Below are positions 43,474 through 53,857 of a stretch of 64,000 bases of DNA, piece by piece (position 1 is the first letter of the stretch; each line of letters opens with the position of its first letter). Origin of the DNA: an uncultured Actinomycetota bacterium (GTDB lineage: Bacteria > Actinomycetota > Actinomycetes > Actinomycetales > CAWJMD01); the NCBI GenBank assembly GCA_963825505.1, contig CAWGTL010000014.1, forward strand, positions 209,944 to 273,943. Reading direction: 5' to 3'. Both the position numbers and the translations under genes were made by a program. The notes beneath the pieces are model-generated. The model did no database searches and had not been told where the DNA came from. It was given only the letters and a program-made list of their open reading frames with translations.

Positions 43474-45102
43474 TCAGTGGAGGTGGTGCTCGAAGGCGAA
43501 GGCCGCGGCGGCCGTCCGCGAGCCGACATCGAGCTTGACGAAGATGTTCGACAGGTGCCGGGCGACGGTCTTCTCGCTCAGCACCAGCGCGGCTGCGATC
43601 TGGGTGTTGCTGCGACCGGTGGCGACCAACCGCAGCACCTCCACCTCGCGGCCGGTCAGGCCCGCCGGGTTGCGGCTCGGTCGGAGCAGGTGCTCCACCT
43701 CCGACGCCGCAGGGCGCGCGCCCAGCCGCTCGAACCCTGCGCGCGCGGACTCCAGCTCGCGTCGTCCCGACGCCGTGTCCCCCAGGTCGGTGAGGGCGCG
43801 ACCGGTCAGCAGCCGGACGCGCGCGAGCTCGTAGGGATCGCCGACCCGTTCCCACAGCCGACGGGCTGCTCGCAGGTCGGCGAGCGCGCCGGCGGCGTCC
43901 CCGGCGGCCAGGTCGACGGCCCCCGACGCGAACGCGGCCCTGGCACGCAGTCCGTCGGTGCCGACCTGCTCCGCAGCCGCGGCCAGCCGGTCGGCGGCCG
44001 CTCGCGCCTCACCGAGGGCGCCGGCGGCGACCAGGAGGTCGATCGCCGCGGGCAGCAGCCGGCACCGGTCCACCAGCCGGGTGACCTCCGCGACCAGCCG
44101 TCGTGCCGCCGCCAGCGCGGTGTCGCCGGACCCCTGGGCCAGCCAGAGCAGCGCCAGGCCCGGCTGCGGGTCGAAGCCGAGCTCGGTCGAGAGCTCGTAG
44201 GCCGACGACGCGGCGTCCAGGTCGCCGCGCTGGCGCAGGACGTCACCCCTGGCGTACTGCGCCAGGCCCGCGGCGCCGTGCGCGCCCGCCTCCTGGTAGC
44301 GCTCGACCGCTCGGGTGAGCTCCTCGAGAGCCTCGGGCCACGCCCCGCGCGCCCGCATCACCTGGCCACGATGCAGGGAGCACTGACCGGTGAAGGCCAC
44401 GAGGCCGGGCTGAGCCACGCACCAGCGGTGCAGGGCGGACGTCCACTCCGCGACCCGGCCCAGCTCCTCGATCTCCTGGCAGCCCTCGATCGCGGTGCAG
44501 TACACGTCTCCCAGGACGGCGGGGGACACCTCGCCGGCGACGGCTCCCGCCATCGCCTCGTCGAGCAGCCGCAGTCCTTCGGGGACCCGTTCCGCGTAGA
44601 TGGCGAGCCTGCCCTGCGCACACAGGCCGAGCGCGAGCAGATCGCGGTCGTGGTGCGTCCGGCCTGCGGCCGTGGTCCTGGCGGCGGCGGCCCAGGCGGC
44701 TGCCAGGTCGCCCTCGGCCAGGTGGACCGGCACCTGCAGGGCGGCGACGTAGCCGCGCTCCACCGCGTGCTCGTCCAGATCCGCGACGAGCCGGTCGGCG
44801 CGCGCCGTCCACCCCCTGGCCAGAGCCGGCTCCCCACCTGCGGCCAGGACGGTCGCGAGGTGGTAGCAGCAGCGCACCGCGCCGGACAGGTCGCCGGCGT
44901 CCTGGCGAACGAGGAAGCCGCGTTGCTGGAAGCGCGCGGACGCGTCGTGGTCTCCCTGCAGGTACGCCGCCGTCGCGGCGTCCCCCAGGTCGTGCGCGCT
45001 CATGTCGGCGGGCTCGATCCCGGACCAGACGTCCAGGGCCGAGGCCCAGTCGCCCTGCTCGTAGTCCGCGCGGGCCCGCACCAGGTCGTCGACCACACCC
45101 AC
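43474..45102 (-). CDS. LuxR-family transcriptional regulator with a long TPR-like helical N-terminal region
   Basis: The C-terminus is LTGREVEVLRLVATGRSNTQIAAALVLSEKTVARHLSNIFVKLDV, a LuxR HTH. About 470 aa of Ala/Leu-rich repeats precede it, and there is no Walker A. Confidence 0.75.
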   Translation of the reverse strand: MGVVDDLVRARADYEQGDWASALDVWSGIEPADMSAHDLGDAATAAYLQGDHDASARFQQRGFLVRQDAGDLSGAVRCCYHLATVLAAGGEPALARGWTARADRLVADLDEHAVERGYVAALQVPVHLAEGDLAAAWAAAARTTAAGRTHHDRDLLALGLCAQGRLAIYAERVPEGLRLLDEAMAGAVAGEVSPAVLGDVYCTAIEGCQEIEELGRVAEWTSALHRWCVAQPGLVAFTGQCSLHRGQVMRARGAWPEALEELTRAVERYQEAGAHGAAGLAQYARGDVLRQRGDLDAASSAYELSTELGFDPQPGLALLWLAQGSGDTALAAARRLVAEVTRLVDRCRLLPAAIDLLVAAGALGEARAAADRLAAAAEQVGTDGLRARAAFASGAVDLAAGDAAGALADLRAARRLWERVGDPYELARVRLLTGRALTDLGDTASGRRELESARAGFERLGARPAASEVEHLLRPSRNPAGLTGREVEVLRLVATGRSNTQIAAALVLSEKTVARHLSNIFVKLDVGSRTAAAAFAFEHHLH

Positions 45103-45272
45103 CGCGGGAACCTCCGGCGCGGACGATACTCCTGGGCCTGCCGGACGGCCCGAGACCGCCGTGGGTGCATCTGCCCACTGCGCGGCACCCGCGAGGTGGG
45201 TGGATCGTCCGATGCGCCCGCGGTCACCGGCTCCCTAGCGTCAGCCGGGAACCGACGAGAGAGGACGATCCG

Positions 45273-46397
45273 ATGCCGCTGTTCCTCGACATCCACTCCC
45301 TGGACGACCCCGTGGCGCTCGGCGACGTGGCCCGGGCCCACGACGCCGACCTGCGCACCCAGGCGCCGTACGGCGTCGACTACCTGCGCTACTGGGTGGA
45401 CGAGACCGCAGGGAAGATCTTCTGCCTGGTCGACGCACCCTCCGCCGACGCCGCCGCGACCGTCCACCGCGAGGCGCACGGCCTCGTCGCCTCGGAGATC
45501 TACCAGGTCACCGAGGGTGCGACGGGTGGCGCGACGAACGGGCACCCGGACGCAGCGGCCGGGCACGACGACGTCGCGCCGTCCGAGGCCTGGGACGCGA
45601 TCGCCGCCGCCTACGCCGAGCTGGTGGCCCCGGGGGAGCAGCCGCTGTCGGCCGCTGCGCTCGACCTGGTCGACCTGCGCCCCGGCGAGACCTTCCTCGA
45701 CGTGGCCGCCGGGCCCGGCGGTCTGGGCCTGGCGGCGGCCAGGCTGGGCGCGACGGTGCTGGCCACGGACTGGGCGCCGCAGATGGTGGCGCAGTTCCAG
45801 GCACGGATCGTGTCCGAGCGGATTACCTCGGCCCAGGCGCGGGTGATGGATGCCCACGCTCTCGAGATCGAGGACGACCGGTTCGACGTCACCGGCTCCC
45901 AGTTCGGCGTGATGCTGGTGCCGGAGCAGGCCGTCGCCCTGCGGGAGATGGTCCGGGTGACCCGGCCGGGGGGACGGGTGCTGCTGGTGGCCTACGGCTC
46001 GCCGGCACGGTACGAGGCGCTCCAGCTGTTCGTCGCGGCCCTGCGGTCCGTCGTCCCCGCGTTCCCGGGCCTGCCGGACCCGCCGCCGCTGGAGTTCCAG
46101 GTGTCCGACCCGGAGGTGCTGCGGGACCGGTTGGTCGCAGCCGGTCTGACCGAGGTCCACGTGGACACCTCGCACCAGGAGCGGGTGGAGCTCGCGTCCG
46201 GCGAGGCCTGCTGGGGCTGGTTGCTCGCTGGCAACCCGGTCGTCGGGGCCATCATCGAGGACGTCGGCGAGGCGGACCGGGAGCGGGTGCGCGCAGCGCT
46301 CGAGGAGGCGATCCGCGTGCGCGCGGGTGACGGCGACGTCGCCGTGCTGACCGCAGCGGTCAACATCGGCTGGGGTCGCAAGGGCGTCGGCGGGTGA
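45273..46397 (+). CDS. Fusion protein: DUF4242 (SCO4226-like) N-terminal domain plus class I SAM-dependent methyltransferase
   Basis: MPLFLDIHSLDDPVALGDVARAHDADLRTQAPYGVDYLRYWVDETAGKIFCLVDAPSADAAATVHREAHGLVASEIYQV is a DUF4242 pattern. It is followed by ...FLDVAAGPGGLGLAAARLGATVLATDWAPQMV...RPGGRVLL, a SAM-MTase motif I / post-I. Confidence 0.65.
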   Translation: MPLFLDIHSLDDPVALGDVARAHDADLRTQAPYGVDYLRYWVDETAGKIFCLVDAPSADAAATVHREAHGLVASEIYQVTEGATGGATNGHPDAAAGHDDVAPSEAWDAIAAAYAELVAPGEQPLSAAALDLVDLRPGETFLDVAAGPGGLGLAAARLGATVLATDWAPQMVAQFQARIVSERITSAQARVMDAHALEIEDDRFDVTGSQFGVMLVPEQAVALREMVRVTRPGGRVLLVAYGSPARYEALQLFVAALRSVVPAFPGLPDPPPLEFQVSDPEVLRDRLVAAGLTEVHVDTSHQERVELASGEACWGWLLAGNPVVGAIIEDVGEADRERVRAALEEAIRVRAGDGDVAVLTAAVNIGWGRKGVGG

Positions 46398-47503
46398 GCG
46401 GTTCGGTGCTCGTCGTGGGAGCGGGGGTCGCTGGCAGGGCCGCAGCCCACGCGCTGAGCCGGCGCGGCCTGCCCTGCACCGTGGTGGAGCGGCGCGCCCC
46501 CGACGGCCTCGGCATGGCCGTCAACCTCCCGGGCAACGCCGTCCGCGCCCTGGCCGACCTCGGTGTCGCCGACCAGGTGCTGGCCGACGGGGTGCCGGTC
46601 CGGCGACGCGAGTACCGCAACCAGCGCGGCCGGCTCCTCTTCGCGGTCGACGACGCACGCTTCTGGCACGGGGTCGGGCAACCGGTGTGCCTGCGGCACG
46701 GACACCTGCTGGCCGCGCTGGAGCCGCCGGCCGACGCGGTCCTGGTCAGGGCGCGTGCCGTCAGGGCGCGGCCGACGGGCAGCGGGGTCGAGGTGGAGCT
46801 CGAGGGTGAGTCGTCGACGCGACGGTTCGACCTGGTGATCGGCGCCGACGGTGTCCGGTCGGCGATGCGAGCCGTGGTCGCGCAGGACGCACCGAGCGCG
46901 TCGGCGATGACCACCTCGTGCTGGCGCTTCGTCGGGCCCGACCCCGGCGTGGGGTGCTGGACGGCGTGGTCCGGTACGGACGTCACCGTCCTGCTGGTCC
47001 CCGTCGCCGTCGGTCAGGTCTACGGCTACGTCGCGCGCACCCGAGGTGGGCCCGTCGGCACGGACCGCGCCTGGCTGGAGCGAGCCACCGCGGGCTTCCC
47101 GACAGGCGTCCGGGCCGCTGTCGAGCAGGCGCTCGCCGCAGGAGAGCTGCACCACTCGGAGGTCGACGAGGTCCGACCGGACCGCTGGTACCGCGGGCGC
47201 CTGGTGCTCGTGGGCGACGCCGCGCACGCGACCGGGCCGGTCTGGGCGCAGGGCGTGGCGCTGGCGCTGGAGGACGCACTGGTCCTGGGCGGGCTCCTGG
47301 CGCGTGCGCCTGCGGCGGCCTGGGGAGGCGTGGGCGCTGAGCTGGAGCGACGGAGGAGGCCCAGGGTCCGGCACGTGCAGAGCGTCACGGACCGGATGTC
47401 GCGGCTGGCCGCGCTGCCCGGCCTGCTGCGCGATGCGGTCGCGCCGGTGCTGGGGCCACGCACCTACCGGGACGCCTACGCACCGTTGCGGGAGCTCCCG
47501 TAG
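46394..47503 (+). CDS. FAD-dependent monooxygenase (UbiH / salicylate hydroxylase-like)
   Basis: VLVVGAGVAGRAAAHALSRRGLPCTVVERR (GxGxxG), ...LVIGADGVRS... and ...LVGDAAHATGPVWAQG.... GTGA overlaps the upstream gene. Confidence 0.8.
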   Translation: MSGSVLVVGAGVAGRAAAHALSRRGLPCTVVERRAPDGLGMAVNLPGNAVRALADLGVADQVLADGVPVRRREYRNQRGRLLFAVDDARFWHGVGQPVCLRHGHLLAALEPPADAVLVRARAVRARPTGSGVEVELEGESSTRRFDLVIGADGVRSAMRAVVAQDAPSASAMTTSCWRFVGPDPGVGCWTAWSGTDVTVLLVPVAVGQVYGYVARTRGGPVGTDRAWLERATAGFPTGVRAAVEQALAAGELHHSEVDEVRPDRWYRGRLVLVGDAAHATGPVWAQGVALALEDALVLGGLLARAPAAAWGGVGAELERRRRPRVRHVQSVTDRMSRLAALPGLLRDAVAPVLGPRTYRDAYAPLRELP

Positions 47504-47512
47504 GCGCTGCGG

Positions 47513-48778
47513 TCAGCGCGCCTCGGCGAGCAGCTTCTGGATCCGGCCGACGCCCTCGGCGAGGTCCTGGTCGCCCAGGGCGTACGACAGCCGCAGGTAG
47601 CCGCTGGGCCCGAACGCCTCGCCGGGCACGACCGCCACCTCCACCTCCTCGAGGATGAGCGTGGCGAGCTCGGCGGAGGTCATCGGCGTGCGGCCGCGGA
47701 TGGTCTTGCCCAGCACGCCGGCCACCGACGGGTAGGCGTAGAAGGCGCCGGTGGGCACCGGGCAGACCACGCCGGGGATGTCGTTGAGCATGCCGACCAT
47801 CGCGCGGCGGCGGCGGTCGAACGCCTCGCGCATCGCCTCGACGGCCGACAGGTCGCCGGTGAGGGCGGCGATCGCGGCGCGCTGGGAGACGTTGGCGACG
47901 TTCGACGTGGCGTGCGACTGCAGGTTCGTGGCCGCTGTGACGACGTCGCGCGGGCCGATCAGCCAGCCCACCCGCCAGCCCGTCATGGCGTAGGTCTTGG
48001 CGACGCCGTTGAGCACCACGCAGGTGTCGGCGAGCTCGGGCACCTCGACCGGCATCGAGACCGCACGGGCGCCGTCGTAGGTGAGGTGCTCGTAGATCTC
48101 GTCCGTGACGACCCAGATCCCGTGGGCCAGCGCCCACTGCCCGATCGCGCGGACCTGCTCGGGCGGGTACACCGCGCCGGTCGGGTTGGACGGCGAGCAG
48201 AACAGCAGCACCTTGGTGCGCGGGGTGCGGGCGGCCTCGAGCTGGTCGACCGTCGCCAGGTAGCCGGCGTCCTCGCCCGCGAAGACCTCGACCGGGGCGC
48301 CACCGGCGAGCCGGATCGCCTCGGGGTAGGTGGTCCAGTACGGGCTGGGGAGGAGCACCTCGTCGCCCGGGTCGAGCAGGGTGGCGAACGCCTGGTAGAC
48401 GGCCTGCTTGCCGCCGTTGGTGACCAGGACCTGCTCTGGCGCGACCTCGTAGCCTGAGTCGCGGGAGGTCTTGGCCACGATCGCCTTCTTCAGCTCGGGC
48501 AGGCCGCCGGCCGGGGTGTAGCGGTGGTTCGCCGGGTCCGCGCAGGCCGCGACCGCGGCCTCGACCACGTAGCCGGGGGTCGGGAAGTCCGGCTCGCCGG
48601 CGCCGAAGCCGATGACCGGGCGGCCCTGCGCCTTGAGCGCCTTGGCCTTGGCGTCGACCGCGAGCGTCGCGGACTCCGCGATCGAGCCGATCCTGGCCGA
48701 CACGCGGCCGCGAGGACGCCCGGGCTCGGGCGCGGTGGAGGCGGACGGGGTGGCAGCGGGGGCGGTGGTCTCGCTCAC
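47513..48778 (-). CDS. aspC: Pyridoxal-phosphate-dependent aspartate aminotransferase
   Basis: From the GTG at 48778: ...[13 protein letters not shown]...[11 protein letters not shown]...[10 protein letters not shown]...[16 protein letters not shown]...RLSYA. Confidence 0.85.
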   Translation of the reverse strand: MSETTAPAATPSASTAPEPGRPRGRVSARIGSIAESATLAVDAKAKALKAQGRPVIGFGAGEPDFPTPGYVVEAAVAACADPANHRYTPAGGLPELKKAIVAKTSRDSGYEVAPEQVLVTNGGKQAVYQAFATLLDPGDEVLLPSPYWTTYPEAIRLAGGAPVEVFAGEDAGYLATVDQLEAARTPRTKVLLFCSPSNPTGAVYPPEQVRAIGQWALAHGIWVVTDEIYEHLTYDGARAVSMPVEVPELADTCVVLNGVAKTYAMTGWRVGWLIGPRDVVTAATNLQSHATSNVANVSQRAAIAALTGDLSAVEAMREAFDRRRRAMVGMLNDIPGVVCPVPTGAFYAYPSVAGVLGKTIRGRTPMTSAELATLILEEVEVAVVPGEAFGPSGYLRLSYALGDQDLAEGVGRIQKLLAEAR

Positions 48779-48979
48779 GAGGCCATCGTCCCACCCCGGT
48801 CCGGCGCGTCGACCCGGTGCCCGCTCCGTGGACGCCCCGGGGGGCGGGAGCGCATTCGACCGGGGCCGGTCGGGCCACGTACACTCGTCCGCGGTGGTTG
48901 ACGACCGCCATGCTGCGGCACGCCCACGGGGGAGTTCCTTCTCGACGGGTACGACGCGGCATGGAGGAGATCGACCCGA

Positions 48980-49052
48980 AGGGCAGTGGCGCAATTGGCA
49001 GCGCACCGGTCTCCAAAACCGGCGGCTGTGGGTTCGAGTCCCACCTGCCCTG
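48980..49052 (+). tRNA. tRNA-Trp (CCA)
   Basis: AGGGCAG TG GCGC AATTGGCA GCGC A CCGGT CTCCAAA ACCGG CGGCT GTGGG TTCGAGT CCCAC CTGCCCT G. Confidence 0.9.
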
Positions 49053-49103
49053 CGGAACGCGGCACGGCACCAGACCAGACGACGGACAGCGACAGGACCA
49101 GAC

Positions 49104-49385
49104 GTGACCCAGACCAGCACGGGGGAGACCGGCGGCGACGACAGCACCGCGCGCACGCGGTCGTCGTCCTCGAGCACCCCTGGCAAGCGCCGTGGCCTCG
49201 CGGGGCTGATGCTGTTCCTGCGCCAGGTCGTCGCCGAGCTGAAGAAGGTCGTCCGGCCCACCCGCAAGGAGCTGGTGACCTACACCTCCGTGGTGCTGGT
49301 GTTCGTGCTCGTCGTCATGATCTACGTGTCGGCTCTGGACTTCGGCTTCCGCCAGCTCGTCGGCTGGGCCTTCGGCGGCGACTGA
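49104..49385 (+). CDS. secE: Preprotein translocase subunit SecE
   Basis: From the GTG at 49104: ...[48 protein letters not shown].... It sits between tRNA-Trp and nusG. Confidence 0.85.
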   Translation: MTQTSTGETGGDDSTARTRSSSSSTPGKRRGLAGLMLFLRQVVAELKKVVRPTRKELVTYTSVVLVFVLVVMIYVSALDFGFRQLVGWAFGGD

Positions 49386-49470
49386 GCCCGGCGGCCCCGT
49401 GCCGCCACCCCGCACCTCCGCAGCACCACGCCGCACCGCGGCGCACCGAACCAGGAAGCAGGTCCGCACC

Positions 49471-50325
49471 GTGTCCGATCAGCCCGCAGAGAAGTCGTCG
49501 ACGTCCACGGACGCCAGCGACTCCCTGACCGTCCAGGAGGCCGACCTCCAGGCCGCCGAGGCGTTCGACGCCGACGAGCAGGACGCGGCGACGGCCGAGG
49601 ACACCACCGAGGACACCACCGACCTCGACGACACCGCGCCCACCGACGTCCTGGCCGACGACTCCGGGTCCGACGACTCCGGGTCCGACGAGGCCGGGTC
49701 CGACGAGGCCGAGGAGGAGGAGGTCGACCCCGTCGAGGAGTTCATGGCCAAGCTGCGCACGGAGATCGGCGACTGGTTCGTCATCCACTCCTACGCCGGC
49801 TACGAGAACCGGGTGAAGGCGAACCTCGAGAACCGCATCTCCTCGCTCAACATGGAGGACTACATCTTCGCGGTGGAGGTCCCCATGGAGGAGGTCACCG
49901 AGATCAAGAACGGCGTGCGCAAGCAGGTGCGCCGGGTCCGGATCCCCGGGTACGTCCTGGTCCGGATGGAGCTCACCGACGAGTCGTGGGGCGCCGTGCG
50001 GCACACCCCCGGCGTCACCGGTTTCGTGGGCCACACCCACCAGCCGGTGCCGCTGAGCCTCGACGAGGTGTTCTCGATGCTGGCCCCGACCCTGGAGCCG
50101 CGCGAGAGCGCCACCGGCGGCGGCAAGCAGACCAAGGCCGCCGAGCCCACGATCGTCGACTTCGAGGTCGGCGAGTCCGTCACCGTGATGGAGCCGCCGT
50201 TCGAGACCCTCCCGGCCACGATCACCGAGATCAACGCCGACTCCCAGAAGCTCAAGGTCCTCGTGTCGATCTTCGGCCGCGAGACGCCGGTCGAGCTCGG
50301 CTTCAACCAGGTCGCCAAGATCTGA
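49471..50325 (+). CDS. nusG: Transcription termination/antitermination factor NusG with an acidic N-terminal extension
   Basis: ...[21 protein letters not shown]...PGYVLVRM...TPGVTGFVG...[25 protein letters not shown].... The N-terminal 90 or so aa are Asp/Glu/Ser/Thr-rich. Confidence 0.9.
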   Translation: MSDQPAEKSSTSTDASDSLTVQEADLQAAEAFDADEQDAATAEDTTEDTTDLDDTAPTDVLADDSGSDDSGSDEAGSDEAEEEEVDPVEEFMAKLRTEIGDWFVIHSYAGYENRVKANLENRISSLNMEDYIFAVEVPMEEVTEIKNGVRKQVRRVRIPGYVLVRMELTDESWGAVRHTPGVTGFVGHTHQPVPLSLDEVFSMLAPTLEPRESATGGGKQTKAAEPTIVDFEVGESVTVMEPPFETLPATITEINADSQKLKVLVSIFGRETPVELGFNQVAKI

Positions 50326-50401
50326 TCCCCCCAGCCCCCGGGCGGCGCCCAACCACCCGGTCGCACCACCGCAGAGAAACCAGCAGAAGGACTCGAGAGA
50401 C

Positions 50402-50833
50402 ATGCCTCCCAAGAAGAAGGTCGCCGGCCTGATCAAGCTCCAGATCAACGCCGGTGCCGCGACCCCCGCGCCGCCGATCGGCCCCGCGCTGGGCCAGCAC
50501 GGCGTCAACATCATGGAGTTCTGCAAGGCGTACAACGCGGCCACCGAGTCGCAGCGCGGCAACGTCGTGCCGGTGGAGATCACGGTCTACGAGGACCGTT
50601 CCTTCACCTTCATCACCAAGACCCCGCCCGCCGCCGAGCTGATCAAGAAGGCCGCCGGCGTCGCCAAGGGCTCGGGTGAGCCGCACAAGACCAAGGTCGC
50701 CAAGCTCACCAACGAGCAGGTCCGCGAGATCGCGCAGACCAAGCTCGAGGACCTCAACGCCAACGACATCGACGCCGCGGCGAAGATCATCGCCGGCACC
50801 GCCCGCTCGATGGGCATCACGGTCGAGGGCTGA
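50402..50833 (+). CDS. rplK: 50S ribosomal protein L11
   Basis: [46 protein letters not shown].... Confidence 0.95.
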
Positions 50834-50958
50834 GCCCAGCACCACCGAGCACGTCCAGCACCACCCAGCACCACCCAGCACCACCAGTGGCAGGGCCCGC
50901 GCTGGCCCCACCGACCACGACTGCCAGCAGACCCACGCGAGAACAGAGAGCAGGAACC

Positions 50959-51675
50959 ATGCGCAGCAAGAGCTACCGCGCCGCCTCCGAGAAGATCGAC
51001 CGCGACAAGCTGCACACGCCCCTCGAGGCCGTGCGCATCGCGAAGGAGACCGCGACCACGAAGTACGACTCCACCGTCGAGGTCGCCATGCGCCTCGGCG
51101 TCGACCCCCGCAAGGCCGACCAGATGGTCCGCGGCACGGTCAACCTCCCCCACGGCACCGGCAAGACCGCTCGGGTCCTGGTCTTCGCCAACGGTGACAA
51201 GGCCGACGCCGCCCGCGCGGCGGGCGCCGACCACGTGGGCTCGGACGACCTGATCGAGAAGGTGGCGGCCGGCTTCACCGACTTCGACGCCGCCGTCGCC
51301 ACCCCCGACCTGATGGGCAAGGTCGGCCGGCTCGGCAAGGTGCTCGGTCCCCGCGGCCTGATGCCGAACCCGAAGACCGGCACGGTCACCATGGACGTCG
51401 CGAAGGCGGTCGAGGAGATCAAGGGCGGCAAGATCGAGTTCCGCGTCGACAAGCACTCGAACCTGCACTTCATCATCGGCAAGGCCTCCTTCGACGAGAC
51501 CAAGCTGGTGGAGAACTACGCCGCCGCCCTCGAGGAGGTGCTGCGGCTCAAGCCGTCGTCCTCCAAGGGCCGGTACGTCGCCAAGGCGACCATCTCCACC
51601 ACGATGGGCCCGGGCATCCCGGTCGACCCCGCGAAGACCAAGAACCTGCTGGTCGACGAGCAGGCCGACGCCTGA
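50959..51675 (+). CDS. rplA: 50S ribosomal protein L1
   Basis: From the ATG at 50959: [30 protein letters not shown]...[17 protein letters not shown]...[14 protein letters not shown].... Confidence 0.95.
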   Translation: MRSKSYRAASEKIDRDKLHTPLEAVRIAKETATTKYDSTVEVAMRLGVDPRKADQMVRGTVNLPHGTGKTARVLVFANGDKADAARAAGADHVGSDDLIEKVAAGFTDFDAAVATPDLMGKVGRLGKVLGPRGLMPNPKTGTVTMDVAKAVEEIKGGKIEFRVDKHSNLHFIIGKASFDETKLVENYAAALEEVLRLKPSSSKGRYVAKATISTTMGPGIPVDPAKTKNLLVDEQADA

Positions 51676-51741
51676 TCCCACCCGGTACAGCCCGACGCCC
51701 CCGGCCGCCCCGCGCGGACCGGGGGCGTCGTGCGTCCCGGG

Positions 51742-52737
51742 TCAGCCGGCGGCGGCGCGGGCGTAGCGGCCGGACAGCGTCGCGCACGCCTCGCGCAGCT
51801 CGGGCGGACCGACCACCTCGATCTCGACGTCGAACATCGCCACGGTGGCGGCGAGGCCGGCCCACGACCACGAGCCGAGCACGAGCCGGCAGCGCTGCGG
51901 ACCGAGGGACTCCACCAGCGAGTCGCGCGGCACCCACCGCTGCACCAGCTCGGCGTGGGCGTCGAGCAGCACCTCACCGCGGCACGGCCACTGCTCGGCC
52001 GCCGACCGCTCGAAGCGTGCGGCGACGAACGCGCCGACGTCGCCCTCGGGCAGCTCGCGCGGGGTGAACCGCGGCCCGGTGGGGGTGCGCGGACGCACCC
52101 GGTCGACCCGGAAGGTGCGCCAGTCGGACCGGTCGAGGTCGAACGCGACGAGGTACCAGCGCCCGCCCCAGGTCACCAGGTGGTGCGGCTCCACCCGCCG
52201 CGGGGGCGCCCAGCCCTGCTCGGCGGCGTCCTGCGCGCCGCGACCGGAGGCGGCCTCGTAGTCGAACCGCAGCACCTCGCGGGCGCGGACGGCGGCGCCG
52301 AGCGCGATCAGCACCTCGGTGTCGACGGTGGGCACGGGCCTCCCGGCGGTGCGGTCGAGCGCGGTGACCTGCAGGGCGTCGACGCGGTGCCGCAGCCGGG
52401 CCGGCATCACCTGCCGCACCGTGGCCAGCGCCCGGGCGGAGCCCTCGCCGATGCCGCTCACCGAGCTGGTGGCGGTCTGCAGGGCCACGGCCACCGCGAC
52501 CGCCTGCTCGTCGTCGAACAGCAGCGGCGGCAGCTCGGTGCCGGCGTCGAGGCGGTAGCCGCCGTCCGGGCCCTTGGTCGCCTGCACGGGGTAGCCGAGG
52601 TCGCGCAGCCGGTCGACGTCTCGACGCACCGTGCGCGCGCTGACCTCGAGGCGCTCGGCCAGCAGCGGGCCGGGCCAGTCGCGCCGGGCCTGGAGCAGCG
52701 ACAGCAGGGACAGCAGCCGTGCGGACGTCTCGAGCAT
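51742..52737 (-). CDS. HTH plus WYL-domain transcriptional regulator (YafY-like)
   Basis: From the ATG at 52737: MLETSARLLSLLSLLQARRDWPGPLLAERLEVSARTVRRDVDRLRDLGYPVQATKGPDGGYRL.... Further on, ...HLVTWGGRWYLVAFDLDRSDWRTFRVDRV... is the WYL core. Confidence 0.8.
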   Translation of the reverse strand: MLETSARLLSLLSLLQARRDWPGPLLAERLEVSARTVRRDVDRLRDLGYPVQATKGPDGGYRLDAGTELPPLLFDDEQAVAVAVALQTATSSVSGIGEGSARALATVRQVMPARLRHRVDALQVTALDRTAGRPVPTVDTEVLIALGAAVRAREVLRFDYEAASGRGAQDAAEQGWAPPRRVEPHHLVTWGGRWYLVAFDLDRSDWRTFRVDRVRPRTPTGPRFTPRELPEGDVGAFVAARFERSAAEQWPCRGEVLLDAHAELVQRWVPRDSLVESLGPQRCRLVLGSWSWAGLAATVAMFDVEIEVVGPPELREACATLSGRYARAAAG

Positions 52738-52750
52738 GCGTCCCAGACTG

Positions 52751-52781
52751 GCAGAGGTAGAGGACAGGACCTGACCTCTGC
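52751..52781. promoter_or_regulatory. Inverted repeat in the divergent WYL-regulator / ABC promoter region
   Basis: GCAGAGGT (52751-52758), 15 nt, ACCTCTGC (52774-52781). It lies between the regulator start (52737) and the ABC ATPase start (52832). Confidence 0.35.
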
Positions 52782-52831
52782 ACCGGGAAGAGTCCTCCTC
52801 GGAAGCAGCAGACCGACGAGGGGACGAACCA

Positions 52832-53857
52832 GTGATCCAGACCCGAGACCTCACCAAGGACTTCGTGGTGAGCAAGAAGCGCACCGTGCACGCCGTGCGC
52901 GGCATCAGCCTCGACGTCGAGCCCGGCGAGCTGGTGGCCGTGCTCGGCCCGAACGGCGCCGGCAAGACCACGACGATGCGGATGCTCACCACCCTGATCG
53001 CCCCGACCAGCGGCTCGGCCACCGTCGCCGGCTTCGACGTGACCGCCGACGCCGCGCAGGTGCGGCGCCGGATCGGCTACGTGGGCCAGGGCAACGCCGC
53101 CGGGCACAGCCAGCGCGCCGGCGACGAGCTGGTGGCGCAGGGCGTCATCTACGGCCTCGGACGCCGGGCCGCGCGGGCCCGGGCCGCCGAGCTGATGGAC
53201 GCGCTCGACCTCACCGACCTCGCGGAGCGCAAGGTGTCGGCGCTGTCCGGTGGCCAGCGGCGCCGGCTCGACGTCGCGATGGGCCTGGTGCACGCACCGC
53301 CGCTGCTGTTCCTCGACGAGCCGTCGACCGGTCTGGACCCCCAGAACCGGGCCAACCTGTGGCAGCACATCCTGCGGATGCGGGCCGATCACGAGATGAC
53401 CGTGGTGCTCACCACCCACTACCTCGACGAGGCCGACTCGATGGCCGAGCGGGTGGTCGTGGTCGACCACGGCGAGGTGATCGCCGACGACACCGCCGAG
53501 GCGCTCAAGGCCGACCTCGCGGGCGACCTGGTGGTGCTCGAGGTCGCCGACCTGGTGCAGGTGCCCGAGCTCGTCCGGCTGGTCGAGCAGGTGCCCACGG
53601 CCCGCGAGGTCGGCTGGGACGGCACCGCGGTCCGTGCCCGGGTGGACGACGGCCCGCGCGTGGCCGCCGCCCTCGTCCGCGAGGCCGTCGGGCGCGACGT
53701 CGGGGTCGACGCCGTTCAGGTGCAGCGCCCGACCCTCGACGACGTGTTCCTCGCGCTCACCGGCCGCAGCCTGCGCGAGGAGGGCCAGACCCACGCCGCC
53801 ACCACCGGGACCACCGAGATCACCCAGGACGCCGAGACCCAGGAGGACGCAGCATGA
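52832..53857 (+). CDS. ABC transporter ATP-binding protein (DrrA-like, with a C-terminal extension)
   Basis: VLGPNGAGKTTTM (Walker A), LSGGQRRRLD (signature motif) and LLFLDEPSTGLD (Walker B). Confidence 0.85.
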   Translation: MIQTRDLTKDFVVSKKRTVHAVRGISLDVEPGELVAVLGPNGAGKTTTMRMLTTLIAPTSGSATVAGFDVTADAAQVRRRIGYVGQGNAAGHSQRAGDELVAQGVIYGLGRRAARARAAELMDALDLTDLAERKVSALSGGQRRRLDVAMGLVHAPPLLFLDEPSTGLDPQNRANLWQHILRMRADHEMTVVLTTHYLDEADSMAERVVVVDHGEVIADDTAEALKADLAGDLVVLEVADLVQVPELVRLVEQVPTAREVGWDGTAVRARVDDGPRVAAALVREAVGRDVGVDAVQVQRPTLDDVFLALTGRSLREEGQTHAATTGTTEITQDAETQEDAA

